The notes: generated by a model not told the origin, from the letters alone. 56,719 nt of DNA from Parcubacteria group bacterium (GCA_016176785.1 JACOWN010000006.1:1-56719); one strand, 5' to 3'. Positions 46,306-54,640 are shown, counted from the stretch's first letter. Made by a program: numbers and translations.

Positions 46306-46860
46306 ATGCGGTTTCTCCAACTTCTCGCGGCGGGGCTCATTTCTCTCTCCGTTCCCATCACTTCCGCCGCGGCGGAAGAACTCGGATGCGGCGAGCGTAA
46401 AGAAATACTCAGATCCTTGAAAGAATTTGGCGAAGAAATTGTCGGCCAGGGTGTGAGAATCGCCGTTAACGAACGCGCAGAAAAAGAGTGGGGTGCACTC
46501 GTGACCATCACGGCGGCGCCGTGGGAAAAAGACGGCACATTTTCCATCCTCGGAACGGAACCGTCCACAAAAAAAGAAACGTGTCTGGGGAAGACGGGGC
46601 GTTACTGGAAAACGCTGGACACTCGTTCGCGCGAGCGTTTGCGCAATATCTTCCCCGCGCTTTTTGCGGACACAGACACGGTCTCCGGAGGGTTTGTTGA
46701 CGAGAGCTTCATGCTGCTCCTCATTGTGCATAGCGACGGCGTATGGGAGTTTCGTCGGCTGTTCGCGCAGATGATGTTTGATCTGCCCCCCGACGTCATT
46801 TTGAGCGGCGAGGGGTGGGAGTTCATTCACGACGGCAACGGGAACGGGGGCGGGTTGTGA
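46306..46860 (+). CDS. Secreted hypothetical protein, paralog 1
   Basis: ATG at 46306 gives MRFLQLLAAGLISLSVPITSAAA (signal peptide). It shares the CGE...C...G.(Y/G)W...DG(V/L)W...G.(G/V)WEF pattern with 47094-47606. Confidence 0.7.
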   Translation: MRFLQLLAAGLISLSVPITSAAAEELGCGERKEILRSLKEFGEEIVGQGVRIAVNERAEKEWGALVTITAAPWEKDGTFSILGTEPSTKKETCLGKTGRYWKTLDTRSRERLRNIFPALFADTDTVSGGFVDESFMLLLIVHSDGVWEFRRLFAQMMFDLPPDVILSGEGWEFIHDGNGNGGGL

Positions 46861-46906
46861 ACGACGCCCCGTTGCAATACGCGGAAAATAGCCCCTTCGT
46901 ACGGAC

Positions 46907-46938
46907 GGCCTCTCACGCAGGCAGAGAGGCCTTTTTTT
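46907..46938 (+). terminator. Rho-independent terminator
   Basis: GGCCTCTCacgcaggcaGAGAGGCCttttttt. Confidence 0.85.
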
Positions 46939-46946
46939 GAAGCGGC

Positions 46947-46980
46947 GCATGCCTTTTTTGTTGCTTGACAAAAGGCATGC
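46947..46980. promoter_or_regulatory. 11-bp-arm inverted repeat overlapping a TTGACA -35 box (candidate operator)
   Basis: GCATGCCTTTTttgttgcTTGACAAAAGGCATGC. A possible -10 (TACTCT) lies 17 nt downstream. Confidence 0.45.
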
Positions 46981-47093
46981 AATATGCTACTCTTTAAAGA
47001 GATTTGACAGCCTCTCCTCAGCGCTTGCATGTTGGGGAGAGAAACGCAACCGCTTCCCGATTGTAATCGGGAAGCACACCAGAGGAGAGACCA

Positions 47094-47606
47094 ATGAGGT
47101 TCATGATGAGGTTCTTCGGGCTCGCAATACTCGCGATCCCGATCGTGTTCTTCCAGTCCCCCGCGGGTGCGTTCACCTGCGGGGAGCAGGATACCATGGA
47201 CAGCGTCCTGCGAGCGGCTGAAATGAAGCCGCTCGCGTGGGGGATGGTCGACGAGGGCGTCCTCATTGATATTTACACCTCCCCCGCGGGGAGGTTCACA
47301 CTCGCGGTCCGCGATCCATCATCGGGCACCCTCTGCCCCATGACGGCCGGGGAGGGGTGGCGCGAGATGACCGCCGCCGAAGCGGCGGAGTATCTCGGGA
47401 AAGCGGCCCCGAACGGAACCCGACTCTACGCCGCCGTGGCGGAGGCGGGTGTCGGCCCAAGTCCGGCGACCGTCGTCCTCACGGTCGCCGACGGGTTGTG
47501 GAAGGTCGTGCTGCATATGAGGACCGGCATGGCCTTCCCGCTCTTCGCGGGAACGGTCTGGGAATTCGTCGCGCCGGAGGCCGACGACGGGGTCAAACGC
47601 ATCTAG
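47094..47606 (+). CDS. Secreted hypothetical protein, paralog 2
   Basis: SD aggagag, then MRFMMRFFGLAILAIPIVFFQSPAGA (signal peptide). A leader hairpin GCTTCCCGAttgtaaTCGGGAAGC lies at 47052-47075. Confidence 0.7.
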   Translation: MRFMMRFFGLAILAIPIVFFQSPAGAFTCGEQDTMDSVLRAAEMKPLAWGMVDEGVLIDIYTSPAGRFTLAVRDPSSGTLCPMTAGEGWREMTAAEAAEYLGKAAPNGTRLYAAVAEAGVGPSPATVVLTVADGLWKVVLHMRTGMAFPLFAGTVWEFVAPEADDGVKRI

Positions 47607-47640
47607 GAGGGGTCCCCATCCATGCCAAACGCGACCTAAC

Positions 47641-47670
47641 GCCCCCTTACGAGTAACTCGTAGGGGGGCG
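47641..47670. terminator. Strong hairpin between convergent genes (no U-tract)
   Basis: GCCCCCTTACGAGtaaCTCGTAGGGGGGC (one G-U pair). Confidence 0.5.
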
Positions 47671-47721
47671 AACTACGTTATGGGGGCTCGCATTACTGCG
47701 CGCACGATTCCCGCGCGGTTT

Positions 47722-48669
47722 TTAAGCCGCCAAAGTATACGCGCCATTGCCTGATTTTCGCAAAAACTTCTCCGCCTCAAGCGCGCGTAACTGCGTGAGG
47801 ACCCGTTTTTTGTCGGCGCTCACGCGCCGTGTAATTTCTTTCTCGGCCAGCGGGGAGGAATTAAGCAGTATGCGGAGAACCGCCCCCCTGATCTGCCTGT
47901 CAGAACCTTCAAAACGCGACTGTTTTGCATAGTGCGCGCTCCTGCGCGACGGATTCCGATGTTTTTGTTTTAAATACGCTCCATAATCCATCAGCGCATA
48001 GAACCACTCCCGTGGATTTTTCCCATCCATCGTCTCCGCGACCAGCAATAAAATATCTCGGTCGCACACCCCGTCGCACGACACACTAACATACTGCAGT
48101 ATGTTAGTGTGTCGTGCGGCTGTTTTTGGTCTCGCTCTCGTAAAAAAATGACGAATGAAAACCGCTCGTATGTTTGTCTCAATAAACGGTGTTGGCTCGT
48201 TCCAAGCAAACGCTCTGACGGCGGCGGCGGTCGCGGGGCCGATGCCGGGCAGTGTCTTTAATATTTCAAAACTGCGCGGCAGACGGCCGCGGTATTTTTC
48301 GGAAACGACTTTTGCGAGGCGATGGAGATGAAGCGCGCGGCGGTTGTAGCCGAGTCCGCTCCAGAGGCGAAGCACTTCCGACTGCGGCGCGCGCGCAAGC
48401 GCCTGCCATGACGGAAATTGCCTCACGAACGCCGGATATTTTTCCAAAACTCGCGTAACCTGCGTCTGCTGGAGCATTATTTCCGACACGACGATTTTGT
48501 ATGGGTTGAGTACGTTTTTACCCTTCCGTAGCTTTCTTTGACCTTCCGAAGCCTTGCGCAAAGGAGGTAGCGTAGGAGGGCGCCACGGAAGCGTATGCCG
48601 CCCATGTTTTTTGTAATAATCCCAGACTGTTTTTTGAAACGCCCGTTTTTGCCCTGCGGATAATTCCAT
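47722..48669 (-). CDS. HhH-GPD DNA glycosylase (MutY/Nth-like) without the 4-Cys cluster and with a winged-helix-like C-terminus
   Basis: Start set at MELSAGQKRAF. LPWR...PYKIVVSEIMLQQTQV...LKTLPGIGPATAAAV...ALMDYGA. No CX6CX2CX5C follows. Confidence 0.8.
   Translation of the reverse strand: MELSAGQKRAFQKTVWDYYKKHGRHTLPWRPPTLPPLRKASEGQRKLRKGKNVLNPYKIVVSEIMLQQTQVTRVLEKYPAFVRQFPSWQALARAPQSEVLRLWSGLGYNRRALHLHRLAKVVSEKYRGRLPRSFEILKTLPGIGPATAAAVRAFAWNEPTPFIETNIRAVFIRHFFTRARPKTAARHTNILQYVSVSCDGVCDRDILLLVAETMDGKNPREWFYALMDYGAYLKQKHRNPSRRSAHYAKQSRFEGSDRQIRGAVLRILLNSSPLAEKEITRRVSADKKRVLTQLRALEAEKFLRKSGNGAYTLAA
48075..48118. repeat. Perfect 44-bp palindrome inside the glycosylase coding sequence
   Basis: cgcacgacacactaacatactg|cagtatgttagtgtgtcgtgcg, centred on CTGCAG and translated in frame as RHTNILQYVSVSC. 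Confidence 0.9.
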
Positions 48670-48801
48670 GCTCCACAGTATATCACGCGCCAACCGCTCT
48701 CTTTTCTCTCTATGACACGTACCCCGCCCACAAAACACTCCAACTATCTTTTGTTGGAGTGTTTTTGAATGCTTAGTTGCAATACAACTTTATGACGTGA
48801 T

Positions 48802-49422
48802 TTATTGGAATAACACCGGGATTTCCAGCGCATCATCGTTTTCGGGAAGTCCCGAAGGATTGTCTTTGCGGAGAATGAGCGCGCCGCGTTTTGAAAAATC
48901 GCCGATGAACTCCGGCTTTTCAAACTCAATCGTGCCGCGGAACGGCACGAAATCCTCCGTCATCCAATTTACCCCGCCGCCGGCGGGATCACCTTGCGCT
49001 TCCGCGTATGACTCTGCGATGATCCTTCCGTCCCAGTCAACAAGCACGAGCGGAAACGTTGCTTCAAAAAACCAATACCCTCTCGCCTCTCCCGTAACCT
49101 CAAGCGGACTCGTTATGGCCGCACCGGGCCGAGGCGAATCAAGACGAATCAAGTCGGCTTTTTCCAATTCGTTACTGACACCGGGCGGAGTTGAAGTACC
49201 GATATCTTCCGTGAATGTTTTGCCCCTCGCCACGCACTGTCGCGGGTATGATTCTGCGACCGGATTTCCGGCTGCGACGCACGTGTCAAAATCAACCACG
49301 GCAATGCGCGAAGAAGACGGAGTGCTGTTCTTTAAAACTTCACGCACAACCTGGAGCCCCCACGCAACGACGATGAGGACGAAAATGAGCGCAAAAACGG
49401 CGATTTCTTTTCTCAAACTCAT
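48802..49422 (-). CDS. Membrane-anchored Gmad2-type immunoglobulin-like domain protein
   Basis: N-terminal TM, then ITSPLEVTGEARGYWFFEATFPLVLVDWDGRII...FVPFRGTIEF...ALILRKDNPSGLPENDDALEIPVLF. Confidence 0.75.
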   Translation of the reverse strand: MSLRKEIAVFALIFVLIVVAWGLQVVREVLKNSTPSSSRIAVVDFDTCVAAGNPVAESYPRQCVARGKTFTEDIGTSTPPGVSNELEKADLIRLDSPRPGAAITSPLEVTGEARGYWFFEATFPLVLVDWDGRIIAESYAEAQGDPAGGGVNWMTEDFVPFRGTIEFEKPEFIGDFSKRGALILRKDNPSGLPENDDALEIPVLFQ

Positions 49423-49595
49423 AATTTTTCGGGCGAGTCCTGCGCAACGGCGTTTTTTATGATCTCAATATTGCAACTTGCGTGCTCGCGGCACCACTGT
49501 TCGCATTCTTCCGCGATCTTTCTCTCGCGGTACGCAAGACCGCACGCCTCGCACTGATAGAGCGTCTCATTACCGGACGAAATTTCTTTTACCAT
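49419..49595 (-). CDS. Small Cys-rich (zinc-ribbon-like) protein, 58 aa
   Basis: My translation is MVKEISSGNETLYQCEACGLAYRERKIAEECEQWCREHASCNIEIIKNAVAQDSPEKL. Its stop overlaps the next ATG as ATGA. It is below the ORF-track cutoff. Confidence 0.55.
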   Translation of the reverse strand: MVKEISSGNETLYQCEACGLAYRERKIAEECEQWCREHASCNIEIIKNAVAQDSPEKL

Positions 49596-49716
49596 ACGCG
49601 TTCAGTATACCACATGAACATGACACATGATCGTACGCGCAACAAGTGGCTCCGCCCAACGGTTATAGTGTTATACATTAAGGAAAGACGTACCTCATAC
49701 TTGACGGAGAGTGCGT

Positions 49717-52167
49717 ATGACAACACAACCTCTCATTCTCTGGTTTGAAAACGCTTCTCGTGAACACGTCTCTCTTGCCGGCGGCAAGGGCGCGAACTTG
49801 GGCGAGATATACCGGCGCGTGGCATCGCTTAATGTGCGGGCAACGAACGGTTTTATCGTAACGACAGCTGCGTGGCACGCGTTTCTTGACGCCAACGCGG
49901 GACTCCGCGAAAAAATCGTTGCTCACCTCTCGCATATTGACTTTGAAAAGCCCGAAACGCTCCAGACCTACAGCTCATATATCTGGAACGACCTGGCCAA
50001 CGGCGCCGTGCCCCCCGAGGTCGTTCGTGCGATCGAGGAAGCGTATGACGCTTTGGGCGCTTTTTACAACCTCCCGTACGTTGACGTCGCCGTCCGCTCC
50101 TCGGCCGCGCAGGAAGACAGCCATAGCGCGTCCTTTGCCGGCCAGCATAAGACCTATTTGAATATCCGCGGGAAGCATAGCGTCATTGAGCATGTCCACC
50201 AATGTTTCGCGTCGTTCTTTACCGAACGCGCGATCTCGTACCGCCACGAAAAAAATCTCCTCGCATTTCCCGACGATGGCATTGCGGTCTTGGTGCAGAA
50301 GATGGTGCGTTCCGACAAAGCCGCAAGCGGCGTCGCATTCAGCCACGAACCGCTGACGCAAGCGCCGTATCTCGTTTCCATCCAAGGAGCGTGGGGACTC
50401 GGCGAAGCGATCGTCAGCGGCTCAATGACGCCCGACTCGTTCACGGTCATGAAGTCGCCGCAGGCGGGTAAATGTCTCGTTATTCAGGACAAGACCCTCG
50501 GTTCAAAACTGCGCAAGATCGTTTATGATTACCGCGACCGCGGGTCGGTGCGGGAACTGCCGACGTCAGACAACGAACGGTCCTCCTTCTGTCTCTCCGA
50601 CGACGAGGTCAGAGATCTGGCGAGCGCCATTATCGCGATCGAGCGATATTACGGCTACCCCGTTGACGTTGAATGGGCAAAAGACGGCGACGGCGCGGAG
50701 ATCGGCACAGGGAAACTCTTCATCGTGCAAGTGCGTCCGGCGACGTCGCTCCGCGACCCGCTTCGCATTGAATCGGTGCGGGTGGCGCGCGGGCATCAGC
50801 CATCCGTGCTTTTGTCGGCAATGAGCGCAAGCCCGGGCGCAGCGGCCGGAAAAGCGCATTTCATTGAGTCGCCGCATGAACTTCATGTGTTCAAGCGAGG
50901 CGGTGTGCTTCTCGCGCGGAAAACGGACCCTGATTGGCTTCCGGCGATGCGTATTGCGAGCGCCGTAGTAACGGACGAAGGCGGCAAGACGTCGCACGCG
51001 GCGATCGTTGCGCGCGAACTCGGTATCCCGTGCATTGTCGGCGCCGGCAACGCGACGCGCGCGCTTGACGGCCGTGATATCACCGTTGACTGCAATCACG
51101 GGGAAAAAGGACTCGTGTATGACGGCCTGATACCGCTTGAAAAAGACGACATTGACCTTCGTCCAACCATTGAACAGAAAAAGAAACTCATAACGAGAGT
51201 GATGTTCATCTTGGGAGACCCGCTTTCGGCGCAGTTGTTCCACTTTTACCCGAATGACGGCATCGGTCTCGCGCGGCTTGAGTTCATTTTGGAAAACCTC
51301 GTGCAGATCCACCCGCGCATCGCGGTCGGCGAGAAAATTTCCGAGCTTTCAGGCGAGGAACGGCGGCGTCTCGCCGCTCTTGCCGCCGGCTATCCGAACG
51401 TGCGGGAGTATTTCATTGAAAAACTCACCGACGGCATCGCGCATCTCGCCGCGGCGGTTCACCCGTCGCCGGTCATCGTCCGCTTTTCCGACTTCAAGTC
51501 AAACGAATACCGCGGGCTCTTGGGCGGGCGGCTCTTTGAGCCCGAAGAGGAGAACCCAATGCTTGGTTTCCGCGGCGCATCCCGCTACTATGACGCCTCG
51601 TATCGCAACGCGTTCCAACTTGAATGCGAGGCGGTGTGCCGCGCGCGCAATGACCGCGGGTTTGAAAACGTCGTTGTCATGGTCCCGTTCTGCCGGACCG
51701 TGGAAGAGGCGCGGCTTGTATCGCAGGAAATGGAGAGCGGCGGACTCAAGCGCGGCGACAACGGGCTTATTTCCTACATGATGGTTGAGATACCGTCCAA
51801 TGTGCTCCTTCTTGAACGGTTCGCGGAGTATTTTGACGGCTTCTCCATCGGCTCAAACGACCTGACCCAGCTTACGCTCGGCGTTGACCGCGATTCGGGC
51901 GCGCTCGCGCGCGTCGGCGATGAACGGAACGACGCGGTGCGTATGTTGATCAAGTTGGCTATCAAAAAAGCGCGCGCGCTCGGCAAGCCGATCGGTTTGT
52001 GCGGACAGGCGCCGTCTAATTTCCCCGAGTATGCGGATTTTCTCGTTGAGTGCGGCATTACTTCCATTTCCGTCATGCCGGACGCGATCCCGCAAACGAT
52101 AGCGAACGTATTGAAAGCGGAAGAAAGAGTCGGGCGCGCGAAACCAACTCCGCGCGAATGGCGATAA
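49717..52167 (+). CDS. ppsA: Phosphoenolpyruvate synthase / pyruvate, water dikinase
   Basis: ATG at 49717 after a ggaga SD. VSLAGGKGANLGE...GGKTSHAAIVARELGIPCIVG...SIGSNDLTQLTLGVDRDS. Confidence 0.93.
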   Translation: MTTQPLILWFENASREHVSLAGGKGANLGEIYRRVASLNVRATNGFIVTTAAWHAFLDANAGLREKIVAHLSHIDFEKPETLQTYSSYIWNDLANGAVPPEVVRAIEEAYDALGAFYNLPYVDVAVRSSAAQEDSHSASFAGQHKTYLNIRGKHSVIEHVHQCFASFFTERAISYRHEKNLLAFPDDGIAVLVQKMVRSDKAASGVAFSHEPLTQAPYLVSIQGAWGLGEAIVSGSMTPDSFTVMKSPQAGKCLVIQDKTLGSKLRKIVYDYRDRGSVRELPTSDNERSSFCLSDDEVRDLASAIIAIERYYGYPVDVEWAKDGDGAEIGTGKLFIVQVRPATSLRDPLRIESVRVARGHQPSVLLSAMSASPGAAAGKAHFIESPHELHVFKRGGVLLARKTDPDWLPAMRIASAVVTDEGGKTSHAAIVARELGIPCIVGAGNATRALDGRDITVDCNHGEKGLVYDGLIPLEKDDIDLRPTIEQKKKLITRVMFILGDPLSAQLFHFYPNDGIGLARLEFILENLVQIHPRIAVGEKISELSGEERRRLAALAAGYPNVREYFIEKLTDGIAHLAAAVHPSPVIVRFSDFKSNEYRGLLGGRLFEPEEENPMLGFRGASRYYDASYRNAFQLECEAVCRARNDRGFENVVVMVPFCRTVEEARLVSQEMESGGLKRGDNGLISYMMVEIPSNVLLLERFAEYFDGFSIGSNDLTQLTLGVDRDSGALARVGDERNDAVRMLIKLAIKKARALGKPIGLCGQAPSNFPEYADFLVECGITSISVMPDAIPQTIANVLKAEERVGRAKPTPREWR

Positions 52168-52176
52168 GAACCATCC

Positions 52177-52200
52177 ATCCCGCCAACGGCGGGATTTTTT
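52177..52200 (+). terminator. Rho-independent terminator after ppsA
   Basis: ATCCCGCCaacGGCGGGATTTTTT. The hairpin is identical to the one at 26831-26849. Confidence 0.85.
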
Positions 52201-52232
52201 ACTGGCTCATCGGGGCAGGGTCCGAGGAATCT

Positions 52233-52547
52233 CTATTGCAGTAACAATACGGCGGCGACAACAAGGAGAAAAAAGATAAGCCATGCCAGAGTAGCGAGGA
52301 GCAGCGCGAGGGCCTCTTTTTTAAGACCGGCCAGATAAAGATGGAGCGGTTTCCCCAGTACCAGAAGGCCGGTAACGGTAGCCGATATGATAAAGAGAAG
52401 GAGCATAAAGACGGGGATAAACAACATATCCTCAATATCTCCAAAAATCCCTTTTGTGTTTGAAAGAAACAACGCTATCGCGGATACATAGATAAAAACA
52501 CCCGCGGCGTTGATAAAACTTTTCAAAAAATACTCTGATTTTTCCAT
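52233..52547 (-). CDS. Small integral membrane protein (104 aa, 3 TM segments)
   Basis: Hydrophobic segments AAGVFIYVSAIALFL, FIPVFMLLLFIISATVTGLLVL and ALALLLATLAWLIFFLLVVAAVLLL. Confidence 0.6.
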   Translation of the reverse strand: MEKSEYFLKSFINAAGVFIYVSAIALFLSNTKGIFGDIEDMLFIPVFMLLLFIISATVTGLLVLGKPLHLYLAGLKKEALALLLATLAWLIFFLLVVAAVLLLQ

Positions 52548-52570
52548 AAATTCTTTGCGTAGGTGCGCAA

Positions 52571-52641
52571 TGGACCTGGGGGGAATCGAACCCCCGCTTC
52601 GGCAATGCGAATGCCGCGTAATGCCACTTTACTACAGGCCC
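52571..52641 (-). tRNA. tRNA-Ala (anticodon CGC), CCA not encoded
   Basis: Hand-folded: GGGCCTG/CAGGTCC acceptor with the G3:U70 Ala identity pair, CGGCA-TTCGCAT-TGCCG anticodon arm, GGGGG-TTCGATT-CCCCC T-arm. Confidence 0.88.
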
Positions 52642-52669
52642 TTCAACCGTCGTTCCGTCAATTACATAT

Positions 52670-52699
52670 TTTGTCCGTACGCCGATCGGAGTGCCGGGA
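52670..52699 (-). repeat. 30-nt perfect direct copy of the tRNA-Pro 3' end plus its downstream flank
   Basis: tttgtccgtacgccgatcggagtgccggga is identical to 52823-52852. The 123 nt between the copies contain three stable hairpins. Confidence 0.9.
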
Positions 52700-52838
52700 T
52701 ATCTCACATCTCGGAAACCCACGGTTTTCCGACCCTCGTTCCGCGCAAAGCGCGGGACTCGGTGCCTTCCTCCACGGGGAACTCCCGTTCCCCGACCCCC
52801 TCCCGTTCGATTCTGCAGGGACTTTGTCCGTACGCCGA

Positions 52839-52909
52839 TCGGAGTGCCGGGAATCGAACCCGGTCTACACCCTCCCGAAGGGTGCGTACTACCGGTATAC
52901 TACACTCCG
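52839..52909 (-). tRNA. tRNA-Pro (anticodon CGG), CCA not encoded
   Basis: Hand-folded: CGGAGTG/CACTCCG acceptor, CACCC-TTCGGGA-GGGTG anticodon arm (G37), CCGGG-TTCGATT-CCCGG T-arm, discriminator A. Confidence 0.88.
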
Positions 52910-52945
52910 AAAATTTTAATGCGGGGTCTCGTCATTGTTCCCCGA

Positions 52946-53019
52946 TGGGCACTACAGGGCTCGAACCTGTGACCTTACGCGTGTGAAGCGTACGCTCTAG
53001 CCAGCTGAGCTAAGTGCCC
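52946..53019 (-). tRNA. tRNA-Val (anticodon CAC), CCA not encoded
   Basis: Hand-folded: GGGCACT/AGTGCCC acceptor, GCTC-AGCTGGCTA-GAGC D-arm, TACGC-TTCACAC-GCGTA anticodon arm, ACAGG-TTCGAGC-CCTGT T-arm. Confidence 0.9.
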
Positions 53020-53033
53020 CTCGTTTCGCACAA

Positions 53034-53062
53034 AGAATAGCAAAAAGTTTGCAATTTCACAA
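53034..53062 (-). promoter_or_regulatory. Candidate promoter for the Val-Pro-Ala tRNA operon (TTGTGA-N17-TATTCT)
   Basis: The reverse complement reads TTGTGAaattgcaaactttttgcTATTCT, about 15 nt upstream of the tRNA-Val 5' end. Confidence 0.45.
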
Positions 53063-53102
53063 GAAAAAATCCCGCTGTCGGCGAGATGGGGTGAGTTCTT
53101 TT

Positions 53103-53132
53103 AAAAACAAAAAACGGCGCCGAAACGCCGTT
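53103..53132 (-). terminator. Rho-independent terminator after the PLP-enzyme gene
   Basis: The minus strand reads AACGGCGtttcggCGCCGTTttttgttttt. Confidence 0.75.
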
Positions 53133-53168
53133 ACTGTTCCCCCAACGCGACTTCCATTCTTACGCGTC

Positions 53169-54491
53169 TTATGCGGAAAATCCGAGGTTCCGGCGTTTGT
53201 GCTGTTCAACGGCAAGCCGCAGAGAGTCGTAACGCTCGCCAAAGACAACGCCAAGCCGCTCCTTGTTCTGCGAACGGAGAAAACCGTCAAGCGCTTCCAT
53301 AAACTGCGCCCATCTGAGATCGGCACTGCCCGTGTATCCCATGGAGATACGAATGAGCCCGCGCGAGATGCCCGCATGCTCAAGGTCATCATCCGAAAGC
53401 TCGCTTGATGTTGAACTCGCCGAGCACGACATGAGCGTGTCGTGGTATCCCAAGCTGACGGCGATGTAGCCGAAGCCGACACGCTGGAGAATGTTGAGAA
53501 ATTGCTCCGCGAGGTCCGCCTCCTTGAGGTCTGTGTAGAGCATCCCGCCGGCGCCAAAACGCGTATTGCGGATTTTTTCAAACACGCTGAAGTTCGGGTG
53601 CGTTCTTAAGCCGGGGTACACAACGGGGATACCGATATCAAGGAGCCGCAGTGCAAACACCAGCGCATGCCTGCCGTGAGCAGCCATCCGGATGGGGAGC
53701 GTGCTCAATGCTTGATAGATGTCAAAGGCAACGCGCGGGTCCATGGTGGGGCCGGTAAGCATCAGCGGCCCTGATTGCGGGTCCATTAATTGCTGGAGCA
53801 GATCGCGGTTGCAGCAAATGACACCCGCAATGACATGCGACGTGCCGTTCACGAATTTCGTCAAACTGTGAAGCACTATGTCCGCGCCATACAGAGCGGG
53901 AGTTACGAGAAGCGGAGTGAATGTGTTGTCCACGACGAGTTTGACGCCGTGCCGATGCGCGATCTCGGCAAGACGCGGCAAATCCGCGACTACGAGTGTC
54001 GGATTGGAGAGCGTTTCCACAAAAAGCATCTTCGTATTTTTCGTGAACGCCGCCTCAACCGCTTCAAGATTCGTGATGTCAACCCAGCTGGTGGTGATGC
54101 CTGACAATCGCGGCAAAAGGCGTTCAAACAACGCGAAGGTGCCACCGTACACCGTGTTTGAGGAAACGATGTGCTCGTTTTTGCCGCACAGACCGGCGAC
54201 GACGGTAAAAATACTTGCCATTCCGCTTGATACCGGATATGCGGCTTCTGTGTTTTCCATTGCCGCGAGCATGCGGCCAAGCGCGAGCACCGTCGGATTG
54301 ATGTGCCGCCCGTAGAGATAGCAATCCTCATCAGGGCCAATTTTGCCGCCAAAAATATCCGCGAGCTTCGAAGCGTCAAGAACGGTGAATGTCGTGCTCT
54401 CTTCAATGGATGGATTGATGCCGCCGAACTCGCCGAACACATGCCGCGCGCGCGCAAGCGCTTCCGCAGGGTCAAATCTATTGAGGAACAT
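53169..54491 (-). CDS. PLP-dependent Cys/Met-metabolism enzyme (cystathionine gamma-synthase / methionine gamma-lyase family)
   Basis: 440 aa. ...VSSGMASIFTV...VVDNTFTPLL...DIVLHSLTKFVNGTSHVIAG (PLP lysine context). Confidence 0.85.
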   Translation of the reverse strand: MFLNRFDPAEALARARHVFGEFGGINPSIEESTTFTVLDASKLADIFGGKIGPDEDCYLYGRHINPTVLALGRMLAAMENTEAAYPVSSGMASIFTVVAGLCGKNEHIVSSNTVYGGTFALFERLLPRLSGITTSWVDITNLEAVEAAFTKNTKMLFVETLSNPTLVVADLPRLAEIAHRHGVKLVVDNTFTPLLVTPALYGADIVLHSLTKFVNGTSHVIAGVICCNRDLLQQLMDPQSGPLMLTGPTMDPRVAFDIYQALSTLPIRMAAHGRHALVFALRLLDIGIPVVYPGLRTHPNFSVFEKIRNTRFGAGGMLYTDLKEADLAEQFLNILQRVGFGYIAVSLGYHDTLMSCSASSTSSELSDDDLEHAGISRGLIRISMGYTGSADLRWAQFMEALDGFLRSQNKERLGVVFGERYDSLRLAVEQHKRRNLGFSA

Positions 54492-54640
54492 GGCGGTTTC
54501 CTCGTTTTTTTCAGTCCGATCTCAACCCAAAATACCACTAGTTTTGAATGGTGTCAAAAACAAAAACCGATGCATTAACAAATCACATCTGCCTTGTTGA
54601 AAACTTGTTGCGTGATTACTTGTATAAAAATAAAGACAGA

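Noticed and set aside
48510-48600. A second possible in-frame element insertion in the glycosylase (the K/R-rich PTLPPLRKASEGQRKLRKGKNVL segment).
   Set aside because: The DNA shows only a 7-nt direct repeat (cggaagg) and no palindrome. It may simply be a lineage-specific loop.
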